A DNA stretch of 64,000 bases from Octopus vulgaris (GCA_951406725.2 OX597820.1:92194001-92258000); one strand, 5' to 3'. Counted from the first letter of the stretch, positions 1-13,783 are shown. Notes: generated by a model not told the origin, from the sequence alone. Numbers and translations are program-made.

Positions 1-1299
1 TTGAAATTATCTTTATTTCAAGAGATAGTAAAACAATTGTTATTCAGAAAATGGAACAAAGTGGAAATGAAAAAGTGAAATTTCGATAATTATTTCTCGG
101 AAATTAATAAACGATAACTTAAAAGACTGTCTGATAGTTTAAAAAAATCTATCCCATAAATGTATTTATTTATACATATATGCGTACGTACATGCACGAA
201 TATACATAAATAGGTAAATACTTATATACATACATGCGTTGTGTTTCCACGTTCCACCTCCGTACATTTGGTCTTACCAAAGTCCATAACAGAACACACT
301 AATTGTAAATTCCACATAGTGGGGACGATTCTGGACCCCGATGAGTGCAAAGCGTAAATTCTAGCTACAAATCTGTCTCTATGCCTGTAGTGATTAAAAA
401 TATATTCAGAGAAAATGCTTTTATATTTCGAAAATTCCCAATTAAATTTTCTGTTGAAATGTCTCATGTGAGGTTTTCATCACATAATAGATTTCCGTAT
501 TAAAAATTCTAAAACCAACTGCACGTTGTCTCAGATCTGATTCTGTTCAATAAAGCAACTGAATGGAATCCATGGCAGAGGCTCTTTAACAAAATTTAAA
601 TATTTAAAACTATACAAAAACGTGTTTGAAAATATCACTTTGAAATTATCCAATTTTAATCAGCATCTAAATAATAGGATGTGTTACTCTTAACTGCTTT
701 AAAACAGTGCTGTCTCAACGATATTAGTACGTAACCTCTTGATACAAACCATTAGGAAGAAATTCTTGATTGATGTACCATTAATTACTAAACACGTGGT
801 TTGAAAGGAAATGGACATAGGGTTCATATTATCCGTTGACAGATGTTTTTACGATATTAAATGTAACAGCTGCTTCCTCAAGGGTTTCAGGAATGTAAAG
901 TACTTCGGAAATATTGAGAATCCTAATTAAAGTTCTATTTTCAACAGCTGAAATGTAAATTAGGAAAACATAATAGAATTCATTGCCAAACATAATTAAC
1001 ATGAATCACAGTATCCACTGAAGTTGATAAAACATGGTCATCTCAGCTGCTGAAAATAGTAACCAAATCACCGAAAATAACACACTCTAAATTGTTAAAA
1101 ACTGAAAAGACATTGGGCAACGCATTTCTGCGTATCCCTATAAAAACTGATTGACTCTGGTTCGGATCTTTTTATTCTAGACCTGTAAAATCAGAGCTGC
1201 CGTAGAGCCATGTACATGGACAGCTGAAATAGCTAATGGTGAATATCACTAGAGTTTTTGCTTTGTAATGCAGCAGTGGTTTTTGAACATCTTATGATT

Positions 1300-1694
<395 letters not shown>

Positions 1695-1848
1695 CGGTAG
1701 CCACTACACACATTTTTTTACTCTCCTTGTTTCTGTCTGTGTTATTTTCAACGGAAGAGGGTCCAAACTTTTTCAATTCCCGAGCGTTATACTAATACAT
1801 CTGTTTGTTTTCTACACCACATGTCTTCGTCTTTTGTTGTTTTCGTGA

Positions 1849-1899
<51 letters not shown>

Positions 1900-1903
<4 letters not shown>

Positions 1904-2475
1904 TTAAGTTGTCTACTTTACCAGTTACTAATCAAATTGTATATTTTTAGGGAATTATATTTGGCACTTACCACTTAGTAAATATTAATTCATTTTAATA
2001 CTATAAACTGTTTTGTTACTTTTCTGCCCCTTTATATTTTCAAGTTATTTTGCTACCCAATTTATCCACACAGCTTTCATATATCTCTAAGTCTTCTAAG
2101 ATGTAATTAAAGTGGTCAGACACTATTCTCCACTGATGATCTTTAATAAGACTGAAAACTGTCTGCAATCGTTACCGAATTACCATTAACTAGACACCTA
2201 ATTACATATTGTATTCTATCTTCAATGAATCACGTGCAGTGCCGGTCTCCCATGGATTTCTTGCAGATAAATAATCATTGAGAGAATTTTTTTTCTTCCT
2301 TCTAGCTGGATGTGATGTTTAATCAAGTGAAGTATTTTGGATTATTAGATTATGCACACCGGTGCACACTTTTCTGTTATAATACTAATTAGGTCTTATT
2401 ATAGAAGCCATTTATTTAATTTTCCAACCTATGTCTTATTAACCTTTCATAGATAGATTATATAACTATATATAC
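1900..2475 (+). mobile_element. About 570-bp TA-flanked non-coding element with a degenerate hammerhead
   Basis: TCCA-CTGATGA-TCTT-TAAT-AAGA-CT-GAAA-ACT-GTC-TGCA at 2129-2167. Bounded by TA-rich tracts. Confidence 0.4.
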
Positions 2476-2654
2476 TGAGATGTTTTTATTTCCTTTTATT
2501 TTACTATCGCAACTCACACAATGGAATTAATTTCTAACCTTCTTGTTCGACCATCATACAATAGATCTATAATCAAATCTCAAAAGTATTCTAACAGTGC
2601 GCATCTCGATTTTTCGAGATATTATTGCTACGTTATCGAATGGGTTCAATATTT

Positions 2655-3271
2655 CTTTTCCACTCTAGCGACAAGGCCCGAAATTTTGGGGGAGGGGGGC
2701 CAGTCTATTAGATCGACTCCAGTATGCAACTGGTACCTAATTTTTTTTTTGATCCCGAAATGATGAAAGGCAAAGTCGACCTCGGCGAAATTTGAACTCA
2801 GAACATAAAGAGAGACGAAATATCGCTAAGCATTTCGCCCGGGGTGCTAAAGTTTCTTATTCTTTTATTGTCCACAAGCGTCTAAACGTAGGACAAACAC
2901 GGACAGACAAAGGGATTAAGTCGGTTACATAGATTCCAGTGCGTAGCTGGTACTTAAATTATCGACCCCCAGAGGATGAAATGCAAATTCGACATCGGTG
3001 GAATTTGAACTCAGAATGTAACAGTAGATGAAATACCTATTTCTTTATTGCCCACGAGTGACTAAACATAGAGGGGACAAACAATGACAGACAAAGGGGT
3101 TGAGTCGATTACATCGACACCAGTACGTAACTGGTACTTAATTTATCGACCCCGAATGGATGAAAGGCAAAGTCGATCTCGGAGGAATTTGAATTCAGAA
3201 CGTAGCGGCAGACGAAATACTGCTAAGCATTTCGTCCGGCGTGCTAACGTTTCTTCCAGCTCGCCACCTTC
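2655..3271 (-). mobile_element. tRNA-derived SINE family A (Nin/Deu-like core), composite of three units
   Basis: Three copies of the ATCGACCCC..GGATGAAAGGCAAAGTCGACCTCGG..ATTTGAACTCAGAAC core. Flanked by a TSD, TGGGTTCAATATT (2641-2653 and 3275-3287). Confidence 0.9.
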
Positions 3272-4991
3272 GAGTGGGTTCAATATTAAGACGGTAGAGT
3301 ACGGTAGCAGGAATATTTTACTTCTGTCGGTGCAAATTACTTAATAAGGGTTTAAATGGATCTGTATCATGGTTCTGTTACACATTATAAACTGTGTTAC
3401 ATACTGATATCATTTGCTAACATAAGTGGGATAACATGTATAAAACCCAATAATAAATATGGCTTACGGTGATTGGTTACCGCACTTTAAATTCGAGACT
3501 ATTGCAATTACCTAACGAGCAAATAGGTAGATTCCACCCTATCGATCCCTCGCTAATATACAGACGGTAATTTGTTAATGGCAAAACTCAACATGTTCTA
3601 CCCTTTTGCGCGCATTGCTAAGACCATACTTGATCAACGCTATCAGACTGGCAACAAACTAGTGTTTGCTATAGATGACATGAATATGTATATGGCTGCT
3701 ATGCCTCCTACGAACAGCTTCAAAATTCTCGTGAAGTTTTACCATAGTATTTCATAAGATAATACTACACTGGATTATGAAATTCGTGATACACCTTTTG
3801 GAAATGGCATTGATTATATCATGGCTCATAAAAATTGTGTGGAAAATACAACAATGACTTTTGATAATCATTGTGCTTTTAATATACTTTCTTCATTGAA
3901 CAGTATTCTTTTATTCCCATGAAAACTGATGCATAAAAGATGCTTAATATGTTCCAGAGTGGGTTCTCGCAATCATTGTATATATTTATAACGTAAGACT
4001 GGTCTGATATATAGCGGGACTTATCTGATAGTGATGTAGAAAAGATTACGTACACTGTCACTTTCGGAAGATAAAGTGATAATGATAATGTATAATATGG
4101 AAGATCTCTAGAAACTAATACATCTATACTTAGTTACATACAATAATATCATGTAATTATGACATGAGTACGAAGTGATACAGATAAAAGCTGCCAACAA
4201 CTCTGATTTATTGGTGGTGTTCTTTTTTTTTTTTAGCAAGGATACTGATTGAAATTCTGTATCAGAGAGGAGCGTGTTGATTAATATCTCATTGTCATTG
4301 TTGAAAACAATTTGCTTAGAATCCAATTATGAAAATATTAACAGAAGCTACTGACACATAATTAAGAAACATAAAAAAATGTCCAAGCTAGATACACCAG
4401 GTGAATCTCCATAAACTGGCATCTTGATTCAGTAAAATGTAATATAACATTGTATAATGAAATTGTATAGACGCACAAACGCTTACATGCATACGCGCGC
4501 ACACACACACACACACAAATACGTACATAAATTGACACTCGTATTCACACACACTCATACATACATACATGTCATATATCTAATTATAATACAGAAATTT
4601 CTCGGTAACTATACCTGAAGTGCTGCAAAACAGTATCTACGAAGGAAAAAAACAATAGCGCAGATGCGAACAACTGTATCAATGATAATGACAATTACAT
4701 CAATTGTGGAAATAATAGCAAATTTTATGATTAAAATCTGCAAAGGTTTTTACGGAGAATATGGATATGAAATTCTGTTTGACTCGTCTTCAATATTCGC
4801 TCACAGAAAGAAAGAATTTTAGCAATGTGTAATTTTATCTATCATCATAAGATATAACGATCCGTTCTATTTGACTTATCCTAGCATCTGCCACGACAAG
4901 AAATTGGCGAAAATTCGAAGTTACTGACAATGATACATGTATAATTTGTGAGAAAGCCACACACATATACATATATATATATCATACATTT

Positions 4992-5158
4992 ATTACGTTC
5001 TGAGTTCAAATTCCGCTGAGGTTAACTTTGCTTTCATCCTTTCGGGGTCGATTAAATAAGTACCAGTTACGCACTGGGGTGGATGTAATCGACTTAATCC
5101 CTTTGTCTGTCCTTGTTTGTCCTTTCTATGTTTAGCCACTTGTGGGCAATGAAGAAAT
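4992..5158 (+). mobile_element. SINE family A, 5'-truncated
   Basis: GAGTTCAAATTCC B-box, CTTTCATCCTTTCGGGGTCGAT core and family tail. Confidence 0.9.
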
Positions 5159-5416
5159 ATATATATATATATATATATATATAATAAATAAAACATATGC
5201 ATATATACATACATATATGTACTACCTACATCTATATGTATATATACATGCATATATAGGTACAGAACACACAAAAAAAACGTCGAACACAATGAGAAAC
5301 GAAAACATAAAAACATAACTTTTTTTTAAACAACGAAAAAACAGGGTACAAGACATACGACACAGAAAATGCCCCTTCTTCAGCCGCCTCCGTTTCGTCT
5401 ACTCCGCGTTTATACA

Positions 5417-5766
5417 CCAATGGACGGTGCTGAGTTGTCAAACAGTTAAACCAAATTTTCTCCAAACAACTTGTCCGACCGTCCCACAGGCCTCTGCTTT
5501 GAGAAACACTGATTTAACCTAAATTTGAGACACCAGCAAAAGACGAAATAAAGATAGACTTTTATCCTATTCCAAACAAAAACGATTTTATTCACTTTAT
5601 CGATCACATTCTCACCGGGAATCGATTTAAAAAATTTTTTTCAAGACTTATACACGCCCTGATACTGTCGGTATCTACATATCAAATTTGAGTGCAATTG
5701 GATGGAGGAAGCTCGAGATCCTGGAAGACACACAGAGACAGACAGACAGAACGGATTTTATATAAT
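5417..5766 (-). mobile_element. Non-autonomous Helitron-like repeat
   Basis: The end reads TTATATAAAATCCGTTCTGTCTGTCTG on the minus strand. Homologous to 42362-42897 with an internal deletion. Confidence 0.6.
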
Positions 5767-5789
5767 ACACACACACAGACATATATGGT

Positions 5790-6335
5790 TGCTGCCCCCT
5801 CGTTATCGAGTATGGTCATTGCACGAAGCTTAATCAGTGTTGTTATCGTGCAATTCCTGTGCAAGAAGATTCTTTTTAAAGTGAGGAAAGGCTGTGCACT
5901 GAGTCAATCCCACTCACTAAGCAACAGCAGCCATAATCCGAAAAGAACAAGTCAACATCATCGGTAACTACTGACCCGCAGATTTTATGTCGGAGTTATC
6001 CCAGTTACCTGAGTTACCTCCTCCTAAAAGGATGCGCTAACAAAGGCTAGGAGTCCTTCACTCCCAATGGTTTAACCGCGTGATCGGGTATTCAGTCCGA
6101 TTATTTCTATGTCCTCGCGCATGATACAGCCTTAAGGCATTTATTGGATGGCCGTTGACTCTCAAGAGTTCCTCCGCCCTTTGACGGGTTTTGTTTTTCA
6201 TCCTACGGGGTGTCCAATAAGCACCCTCCTCACCAAGCAAGCTTGGTGGGGTTGCCAGTTTAGTCAGCGACGACCCGATCATGCAACAGGTTGTACTGGG
6301 TTACATGTTACCTGTAGCACTCGAAAGTGACCTGA
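5790..6335 (-). mobile_element. GC-richer non-coding repeat resembling a non-autonomous RTE-type element
   Basis: The minus strand has AGCCTTTGTTAGCGCATCC..AGGAGGAGGTAACTC, resembling RTE 5' UTRs (recalled, not searched). It has several hairpins and no recognisable ORF. Confidence 0.45.
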
Positions 6336-6344
6336 CACACATGT

Positions 6345-6394
<50 letters not shown>

Positions 6395-6769
6395 ATTTAC
6401 TCAGTAGAGAAACTGAGCTGCGTGAACATATTAGGAGTTGCGCTACATTGGTTTACCCGTTAGTGGAGAGCGGATAGGTTATTAATAAACATTTCATTGC
6501 GAAAAAGTTTGTACTATAACTGTGTGCAGATGTAAGAAATCTGTATTAAGCAGCAGTGGATTCATGAGCAGTAGAAGTGTAATTGGCATTAAATATTTGC
6601 AGCACGGTAGCAAAATTTGTAAAGGCAATCAAACTGAAGTTAGTATCATATAGATAATTTCCCATGCCTGTCATGCTACGGTATGCAGTAAATTAGAAAA
6701 ATGGTTCTCCGGTCAATAATATCGCAGAATGAATTTCATATAGATTTAATTGTTAAATTAGATTTCACT

Positions 6770-6844
<75 letters not shown>

Positions 6845-6849
6845 TATAA

Positions 6850-6990
6850 AATTTTGATTCAAATGAATATGGTACTTAAGTTCAGAATTCAGTATGGTAT
6901 TATCCATACAATTTAAAATAAGGTAATTAAAATCAAAATAATCAACAATGATATCCAGAGGTATTGCAGTACGATCGTGCTGCATTATAT
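6850..6990 (-). mobile_element. Fragment of the (TA)n-embedded element family
   Basis: Minus strand GTACTGCAATACCTCTGGATATCATTG..TTAATTACCTT resembles the shared motif. Lies between TA tracts. Confidence 0.35.
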
Positions 6991-7022
6991 ATATATATAT
7001 TATATATAAATATATATATGTT

Positions 7023-7081
<59 letters not shown>

Positions 7082-7354
7082 ATGCATGTATGTATATATC
7101 TAGCCCTGTTTGCAGGACAGAGAGAGAGAGAGAAGGAGAAAAAAAAGAGAATGTTTTTGGGTGTACGTGCGTTTGAGTGTCTACATGATTGTATGCACGC
7201 GAGTATGTTTGTGTGTGTCTCAGCGTGTGCTTGTGTGTTTCTATTGATTTGTGAATATCACCAGAAATCGATAAATTATGAAGCTCAATATATCAATGTA
7301 GAGCATAATTGAATTAATATTTACAGGATAGATCAAAAATATCATTACTCAGAT

Positions 7355-7575
7355 TTTCAAACCATTAATTCGTGGTGGGTATCACGATCGCTACTTATAT
7401 TCTTTTCTCGATGTTTTAGGCACTGAGCAATCCCTCTCTTTACACTGTATGGATATTGGGAATTGAAGTTGAGGTATCGTCCAGTGAAGGTCGGCTTGCG
7501 GTATACGGATGTCCTGAATCCATACTTAGTACGTGTAACTAATACGTCCAGGAACGCTAGCTGATTGTCTTTGAT
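7355..7575 (-). mobile_element. Penelope/Poseidon-like RT fragment
   Basis: LAFLDVLVTRTKYGFRTSVYRKPTFTGRYLNFNS. Same family as 30833-31160. Confidence 0.9.
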
Positions 7576-7699
7576 AACAAACAAAATGAGAATGCAAATA
7601 ATGGTTATTATAACTATTCAATATTTGGTAGAGTGAGGCAAATTTCTACCGTATCATCTGCTACACATCTGTGTTGCTAGAGTGTGTTCAGCGTTGTGT

Positions 7700-9230
7700 G
7701 TTCTTTACTGCTGTTGAGAGTGTACAAACTCCTCCCGGTACTGTATTGTGCTATTTTTGTTTTTATCTTGAGATGTGGTGTTGTCTTTCGTTTTGTTAGT
7801 GCTTGTATTGTGTGTTGAGTGTCTATAATGCTTTAGTATTTCTAACTTGCAGTTGGGAGTTTATTTCAATGTATCTGGTGTCTTGTATTTGTGGGTTGTT
7901 TTGTTTAGGTTTTATTATTTGATTGATAGTCTTCCCGTAGGATGTGGGCTGTTCCTAGCAGAGCTGTTTTGTGGACAGTGTGTTGTGTCGAGGATCCAGA
8001 GAGAGCTTTTACATTTTACATCTCACATGATATTTTCTCATGCCAAATGATCGAATTATTATTTGGCACTGTTTTAACCTTCATACCCCACCCATCCATT
8101 TTCAATACTTCAATTTCGAGGTCTTTGTACTTGGACTATTTTTCCACTTCTTTTTTGACAATATTGTGATCAGAAAGGAGTGCAATGTCTATTAGTAAGC
8201 AGGTGTTTTTTCCCCAATCCTTGACTATTATGTCTGGGTAATTAGCTTTTATTTCTGTGACGGTTTGGAGAGGCATATCCCAGATGATTGTGGCCTGCGC
8301 CTTGTCTTCTACATCGCTTGACATATGCTTGTACTACCTGTTGTCAGTTTTGATGTTGACATATTGTCCAGTGGATATAACTGCTTACTTTGTCGTGTCT
8401 GTATACATATTCATACTTGGCAAACACTGGGCAGCCCGAGGTGATGTGGTCAACTGTCCCATTGTGTTACTTGCCCATTCGGCATTTGGATTTGAGGCCT
8501 GTTTACTTTATTTTCTCTTTGTATTTATAACTCTTTGTAGCAGAGTATTGGTCTTGTGCAGCGAGAATCAATCTTTTCGTTTCGGCTTTTACTCCAGAAT
8601 CTTTTGAGCCATTGTTGGCTTTTACTTAGGCTCACTTCCTCCCTGTCAATCCTTGAAATGATTTTCCTCTCCATTTCTTCTTCAGTATCTTTTGTAATTC
8701 AGTCTTCATTTTGTTGTTGTTGTTGTTTTTTTCTCTCTGACTATTTCTGCTATGATGTCACCTGAGGTAAGTGTGTCAGTGTAGTTTGTTTCTGCTTTGC
8801 TTTTTGTCGGCCCTTTGTGTACAGAGAAAGTGTTTCCTTTTTTCTCGTGTCGCTTTACTACGTGCAGTAATCTTCCACTCTTTGTTTCTAAGTATTTTAC
8901 TAGTCCTGCTGTTATTTTATAGTAGTTTTCTATCTGTATCAGGCCACGGCCTCTTTCTGAGTAGGATAGATATATTCTGTCTGCGTCTGCTTTGGGGTGG
9001 TACGCTGTTAGTATTTTCTGGTTTTCTATCTACGCTTCTGAATTCACTGATCTTCTAGTTTATTATGTTAAAGCTGTAATTTATGACTAGTATGGCTAGC
9101 GTGTTTCTCCCTATTATCTTATTTTTAGCATTAAGTTCAGTATTTAATAATTAGTCTAACTCTTCTGTAATGCCCTCTCCTAATTTTTTCTTTCATATTT
9201 CATAACTAGTCCTGATCTAGTTATTAATTT
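7700..9230 (-). mobile_element. Degraded R4/Dong-type non-LTR retrotransposon (restriction-like endonuclease)
   Basis: CCHC remnant CRM..TVDHITSGC..YRHDKV, and IIWD..PDIIVKD..LLIDI..D.NIVKKEVEK..KYKDLEIE. Confidence 0.85.
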
Positions 9231-9416
9231 TCCGCTGATATACAATGACTGGGTCGATCCATTGTCTGTTCCTAAGTCGGTTTGTGTACACAGCTCACAA
9301 GGAGTGGCTAAACAAATCAGTTTTTAGTGAAACATACCGATGTCCCCACTCATACACATACATAGACTTAGTCACACGTGTCTGCGTATGTATATGTATG
9401 TATAATATATTTGCAT

Positions 9417-9608
9417 CAGTGGCGTGCGGTGACTTCCGGGGTTGGGCATGCAATGAATTTTTTTGCCTCCCCTCCCCCCGTCAATATTCAATAAAAAAAT
9501 TTTCGAATTCCTACGATTTACATATGGGAGATTCTGAATATGCAATCACCCCCGTATGACCTAGAATAAAAAAATACGTCGCCCTGGTACTATTTAAGTA
9601 CGCCCCGG
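9417..9608. mobile_element. Possible hAT-type MITE
   Basis: Imperfect TIR, CAGTGGCGTGC versus GTACGCCCCGG. The TSD is not clean. Confidence 0.3.
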
Positions 9609-9809
9609 TACATGCAAATTTTGCATGTATGTGTATATATTTTCTTTTAACTGTCACTTGTTTCAGTCATTAGACACCGGCCATGCTGGGACTCTGCCTT
9701 GAAGAATTTTTAGTCGAATGAATCAACCTCAGAACTTATCTTTTATTACGCTTCTTACTCAATTTATTGCTCTCGTTTGCCCATTATGTTATATCTATTA
9801 TCATATAAT

Positions 9810-10043
9810 AGGCGTAGGAGTGGCTGTGTGGTAAGGAGCATGCTTACGAACCACATGCTTCCTTGGCACCTTGGGTAAGTGTTTTCTACTATAGCCTCGG
9901 GCCGACCAAAACCTTGTAAGTGGATTTGATAGACGGAAACTGAAAGACGTTCGTCATATTTATATATATATGTATATATATGTATAAATATATAAATATA
10001 TATATATATACATATATATTTATATATATATATACATATATAC

Positions 10044-10101
<58 letters not shown>

Positions 10102-10275
10102 GGATGTATGTATGTGTGTGTATATGTTTGTGTGTCTGTGTTTTCCCCTCGACATCGCTTTAGCGGTTCGGCCAAAGTGACTGATAGAATAAGTTCTAGG
10201 CTTACAAAGGATAAGTCCTGGGGTCGATTTTCTCGACTAAAAGGCGGTGCTCCAGCTTGGCCACAGTCAAATGAC
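9810..10275 (+). mobile_element. tRNA-derived SINE family B (CORE-like CCTTGGGCAAGT, internal TA/TG microsatellite)
   Basis: GGCGTAGGAGTGGCTGTGTGGTAAG head and TGACTGAAACAAGTAAAAGAG tail. Confidence 0.9.
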
Positions 10276-11004
10276 TGAAACAAGTAAAAGAGTATATAAA
10301 CTTCAGTTACAACATAATCGCACTACCAGCATAAGCCTTCTACTATTACCATCTCTTCTATTCTATAATTCTTCTTCCGATTGCCTTTTCATATTCCTCT
10401 TAACCAGCACATCACCACATCCATATACTTGGAATTCCTTCCTCATTTACTAGCTTCTTCGACCAGAAAAACGTGGCCCTACATACCACTAAATTTTCAC
10501 CCAACCTATGCCTCCCTTTCTCCCTCTCTGTCCACCTCTCTCTGTTTACTGCCATACGTTTCTATATACTTCAGTTTTCTCCCTTCATTCATCAAATTCT
10601 CCCTTCGCTTCCATATAATACTTGCCTCCTTCCTGCTCTCAATATTCCAATTTCCCTTTCTCAGCTCTATAGCCCCACCTTCCCTAACTATTAACATATG
10701 TTGTCAAACAAAACAACAACAACGGCCACCCTTCACAATATCACCCATCCCACCTCTCCCACTCATCTCCCAACTCTCCAATTCTTCTGCTTTTCTCAAT
10801 ACCCTGATCATTCAACCCCTCTCTTATCCTGATCTGATTCTCTTATCACTCTCCCCCCTTCTTTGCTTTAACACTCCACACATTCCCATCGAACTGCCTT
10901 GTTTCTCCCTCCACTTAATTTTGCTTGCCTACATTTTCACCCTCTTTACCTTTAAATTTACCTTTATTATTTCAAATGGTTTTGTACTCTAAGTGAGTTT
11001 GCTC

Positions 11005-11365
11005 TTTAACTCTTTTACTTGTTTCAGTCATTTGATTGTGGCCATTCTGGAGCACCACCTTTAGTCGAGCAAATTTAGTCGAGGACTTATTCTTTGTAAG
11101 CCTAGTACTTCTTCTATCGGATGTTTTGCTGAACCGCTAAGTTACGGGGACGTAAACATAACAGCATCGGTTGTCAAGTGATGTTGGGTGGGACAACCGC
11201 AGACACATAAACATATATACATATATACGACGGGATTCTTTCAGTTTCCGTCTACCAAATCCACTCACAAGGCTTTGGTCGGCCCGAGGCTATAGTAGAA
11301 TACTGAATCCGGAACTATGTGGTTCGTAAGCAAGCTACTAATCACACAGCCACTCCTACGCCCAT
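11005..11365 (-). mobile_element. SINE family B
   Basis: Reverse complement of the 9810-10275 family. Confidence 0.9.
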
Positions 11366-11954
11366 ATATATATATATATCAACATGAATGATCGTCGTCT
11401 GAATACTATCAGTTTTTGTTTTCTCTCCATTTACATGTATACATCCATGTATATTTTGTATATTCATGCCAAGCGGTTTCATTTTTAAAATTTTCATCGT
11501 TCTCTCTCGCTCTCTCGCTCTCTCTCACACTCCCCTATCTCTCTGTGTTATATACATATATATATACGCTATCCATGCCAAGACTCTCCTGAAACATGCT
11601 TTCAAGGAACTTCTATGCACTTAAATCCTGTCCATTCAGTTTATAAATGAATATATAAACTCTGCTTTGCATACTATTATTTCCCCCTTCTCCCGTTTGC
11701 AAAACTTATGCGTATATGAAAGTATATATACATGTGATATGAATATTAGGATATGCAATTTGTGCGTTTGTCTATGCTTTTTATCTATACATTATTTGGT
11801 TTCCACGTTTGTTTAAGTGTAAGAATATTCACAGCAGAAAACAAAAATGAATTCGTAAAATATCAATAGTCACTCAATTGATTTTGGAAGCGTTTACTCA
11901 TATTAGCACGTTTATTTTCAATGTCCTTGTTTTATATATATTTTATTGCTGTAC

Positions 11955-12103
11955 CTTGCATCCGCTCTGCAAGTGTTGTACTTGCTGTTATATTGAATAG
12001 GAGACAAAAGTTGCCCTGGACATCAACAGGAATTGAAAGCGAAGAAATAAAATCATCGACTAAACGCTTTAAACTATTATTTACAATTCCTTGCACACGT
12101 GAA
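11955..12103 (-). CDS. Candidate isolated coding exon, product unknown
   Basis: Non-repetitive open frame SRVQGIVNNSLKRLVDDFISSLSIPVDVQGNFCLLFNITASTTLAERMQ, bounded by TTTATAG| and AAG|GTACAG. No homology recognised. Confidence 0.25.
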
Positions 12104-12519
12104 CTATAAATCATCTGTTAACTGTAATATTTTATTGAAAAAGCCATATGAAATGGTCATAAAATTGAGACGTGGAGTCTTTTTAAGATATGTTAGACAG
12201 CTTTGAAGTAAACATGACCACACATGACTTTTATTGAAAAAATCGTAGAATGTTAGTGAGAATGTCAATATTAATTACAGTGCTTAGTATGAAAATGATA
12301 CAATTAGGCTGAAAATCCAGACCATGATCAAAAACAAGAGTAGCCACGGCTGCTGCAAAAAGCAATACAAAAGCAAAACAAAACAAAACAAAACAAAAAA
12401 AAAACAAAAAAAAGTAACATCGACAACACATTTGATCATAACAATATCAAGAAGAGCAATAATGACAATACCACCACCTCTACTGTTATTAACAATGCGG
12501 AAGAAAATCAGCAGAAGAT

Positions 12520-12545
12520 AACGATGACGACGACGATGGTGGTGG

Positions 12546-12585
<40 letters not shown>

Positions 12586-12619
12586 GGTGGTGGTGGTGGT
12601 GGTGGTATGATGGTGATGA

Positions 12620-12653
<34 letters not shown>

Positions 12654-12930
12654 GGTGGTGGTGGTGGTGATGGTGGTGGTAGTGATGATGGTGATGATGA
12701 TGATGATGATGGTGGTGATGGTGGTGATGGTGGTGGTGGTGGTGATGGTGGTGGTGGTGATGATGGTGATGATGATGAAGATGATGATGATGGTGGTGGT
12801 AGTGATGATGGTGATGATGGTGATGATGATGATGATGATGACGATGACGATTATGATGATGACGATGATGACGATGATGACGATGATGATGATGATGATG
12901 ATGAGGATGATGAAGACGATGATGATGATA
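12520..12930. repeat. Compound (GAT)n/(GGT)n trinucleotide microsatellite
   Basis: Seen directly. Explains the poly-His and poly-Met ORFs. Confidence 0.95.
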
Positions 12931-13652
12931 ACAATACATGGAATAATTATAGCCTAATAAGAATTAATTTCCCTCCTCATCTTTAGACCTACCGCTATCT
13001 TCCCCCACCCCGCCACCATCTCTCTTCATAACTTTCACTTAACTAACTGAAGTAATTTGATTTTGTAGAATAAATCCATATATCAGGAGATGTCCGATTC
13101 TCAACGTCCATTATAGCGCGGCTGGGGAAACATTAACAGCGCTCTTCGCCCCAATGAAAAACATTAGAACGATCAGCGCGTGTGTTAATCATAAATAAAT
13201 GCAATTAGGATGTCCTAACGTGATTTGTTATAAAATTACATGATATAATGCAGCCATGTTACTGAGATCAAAAGGCCCCGTTCCTTTTTGTATGTTTTGA
13301 TTCGACCAGTATAATAGATAAATAAGTAAATATGAAATTATGCGTTGAAATAGAGAAACGGAAGGATATAGCTATGATTGCTAAACATAGCGTCTGTTTT
13401 AGCCGCAAAGAAGCCAATACAATTGATTGGTTGTATCAGTTAAGATACTACAAGTCAATCAATTGACGCATCTAGCTCTATCTCGGCGAATAAATTTCTA
13501 CGTATGAATATTCTTCCTCATGAAATATGTATTATCGCTTCCGCAATTAACCATATCTGGCATGAAAATCCTGTATATTTAGAGTTACTCCGAAACTTCA
13601 ATGCTAAAGTATATTAAAATTGAAAGCTCTTTTGGCTCAAAACTTTGTAATG

Positions 13653-13653
13653 G

Positions 13654-13708
<55 letters not shown>

Positions 13709-13722
13709 TAATAATAATAATG

Positions 13723-13783
<61 letters not shown>

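Noticed and set aside
5370-5400. GAAAC..CTGAAGA on the minus strand as a hammerhead
   Set aside because: The motif order and stems do not form a valid topology.
6475-6575. CTCATGA...GAAA on the minus strand as a hammerhead
   Set aside because: Core mismatch and no supporting stems I or III.
10381-10992. 203-aa hydrophobic ORF
   Set aside because: Pyrimidine-rich low-complexity DNA depleted of stop codons, with no domain recognised.
12508-12957. Poly-His and poly-Met/Val ORFs
   Set aside because: Translations of a trinucleotide microsatellite.
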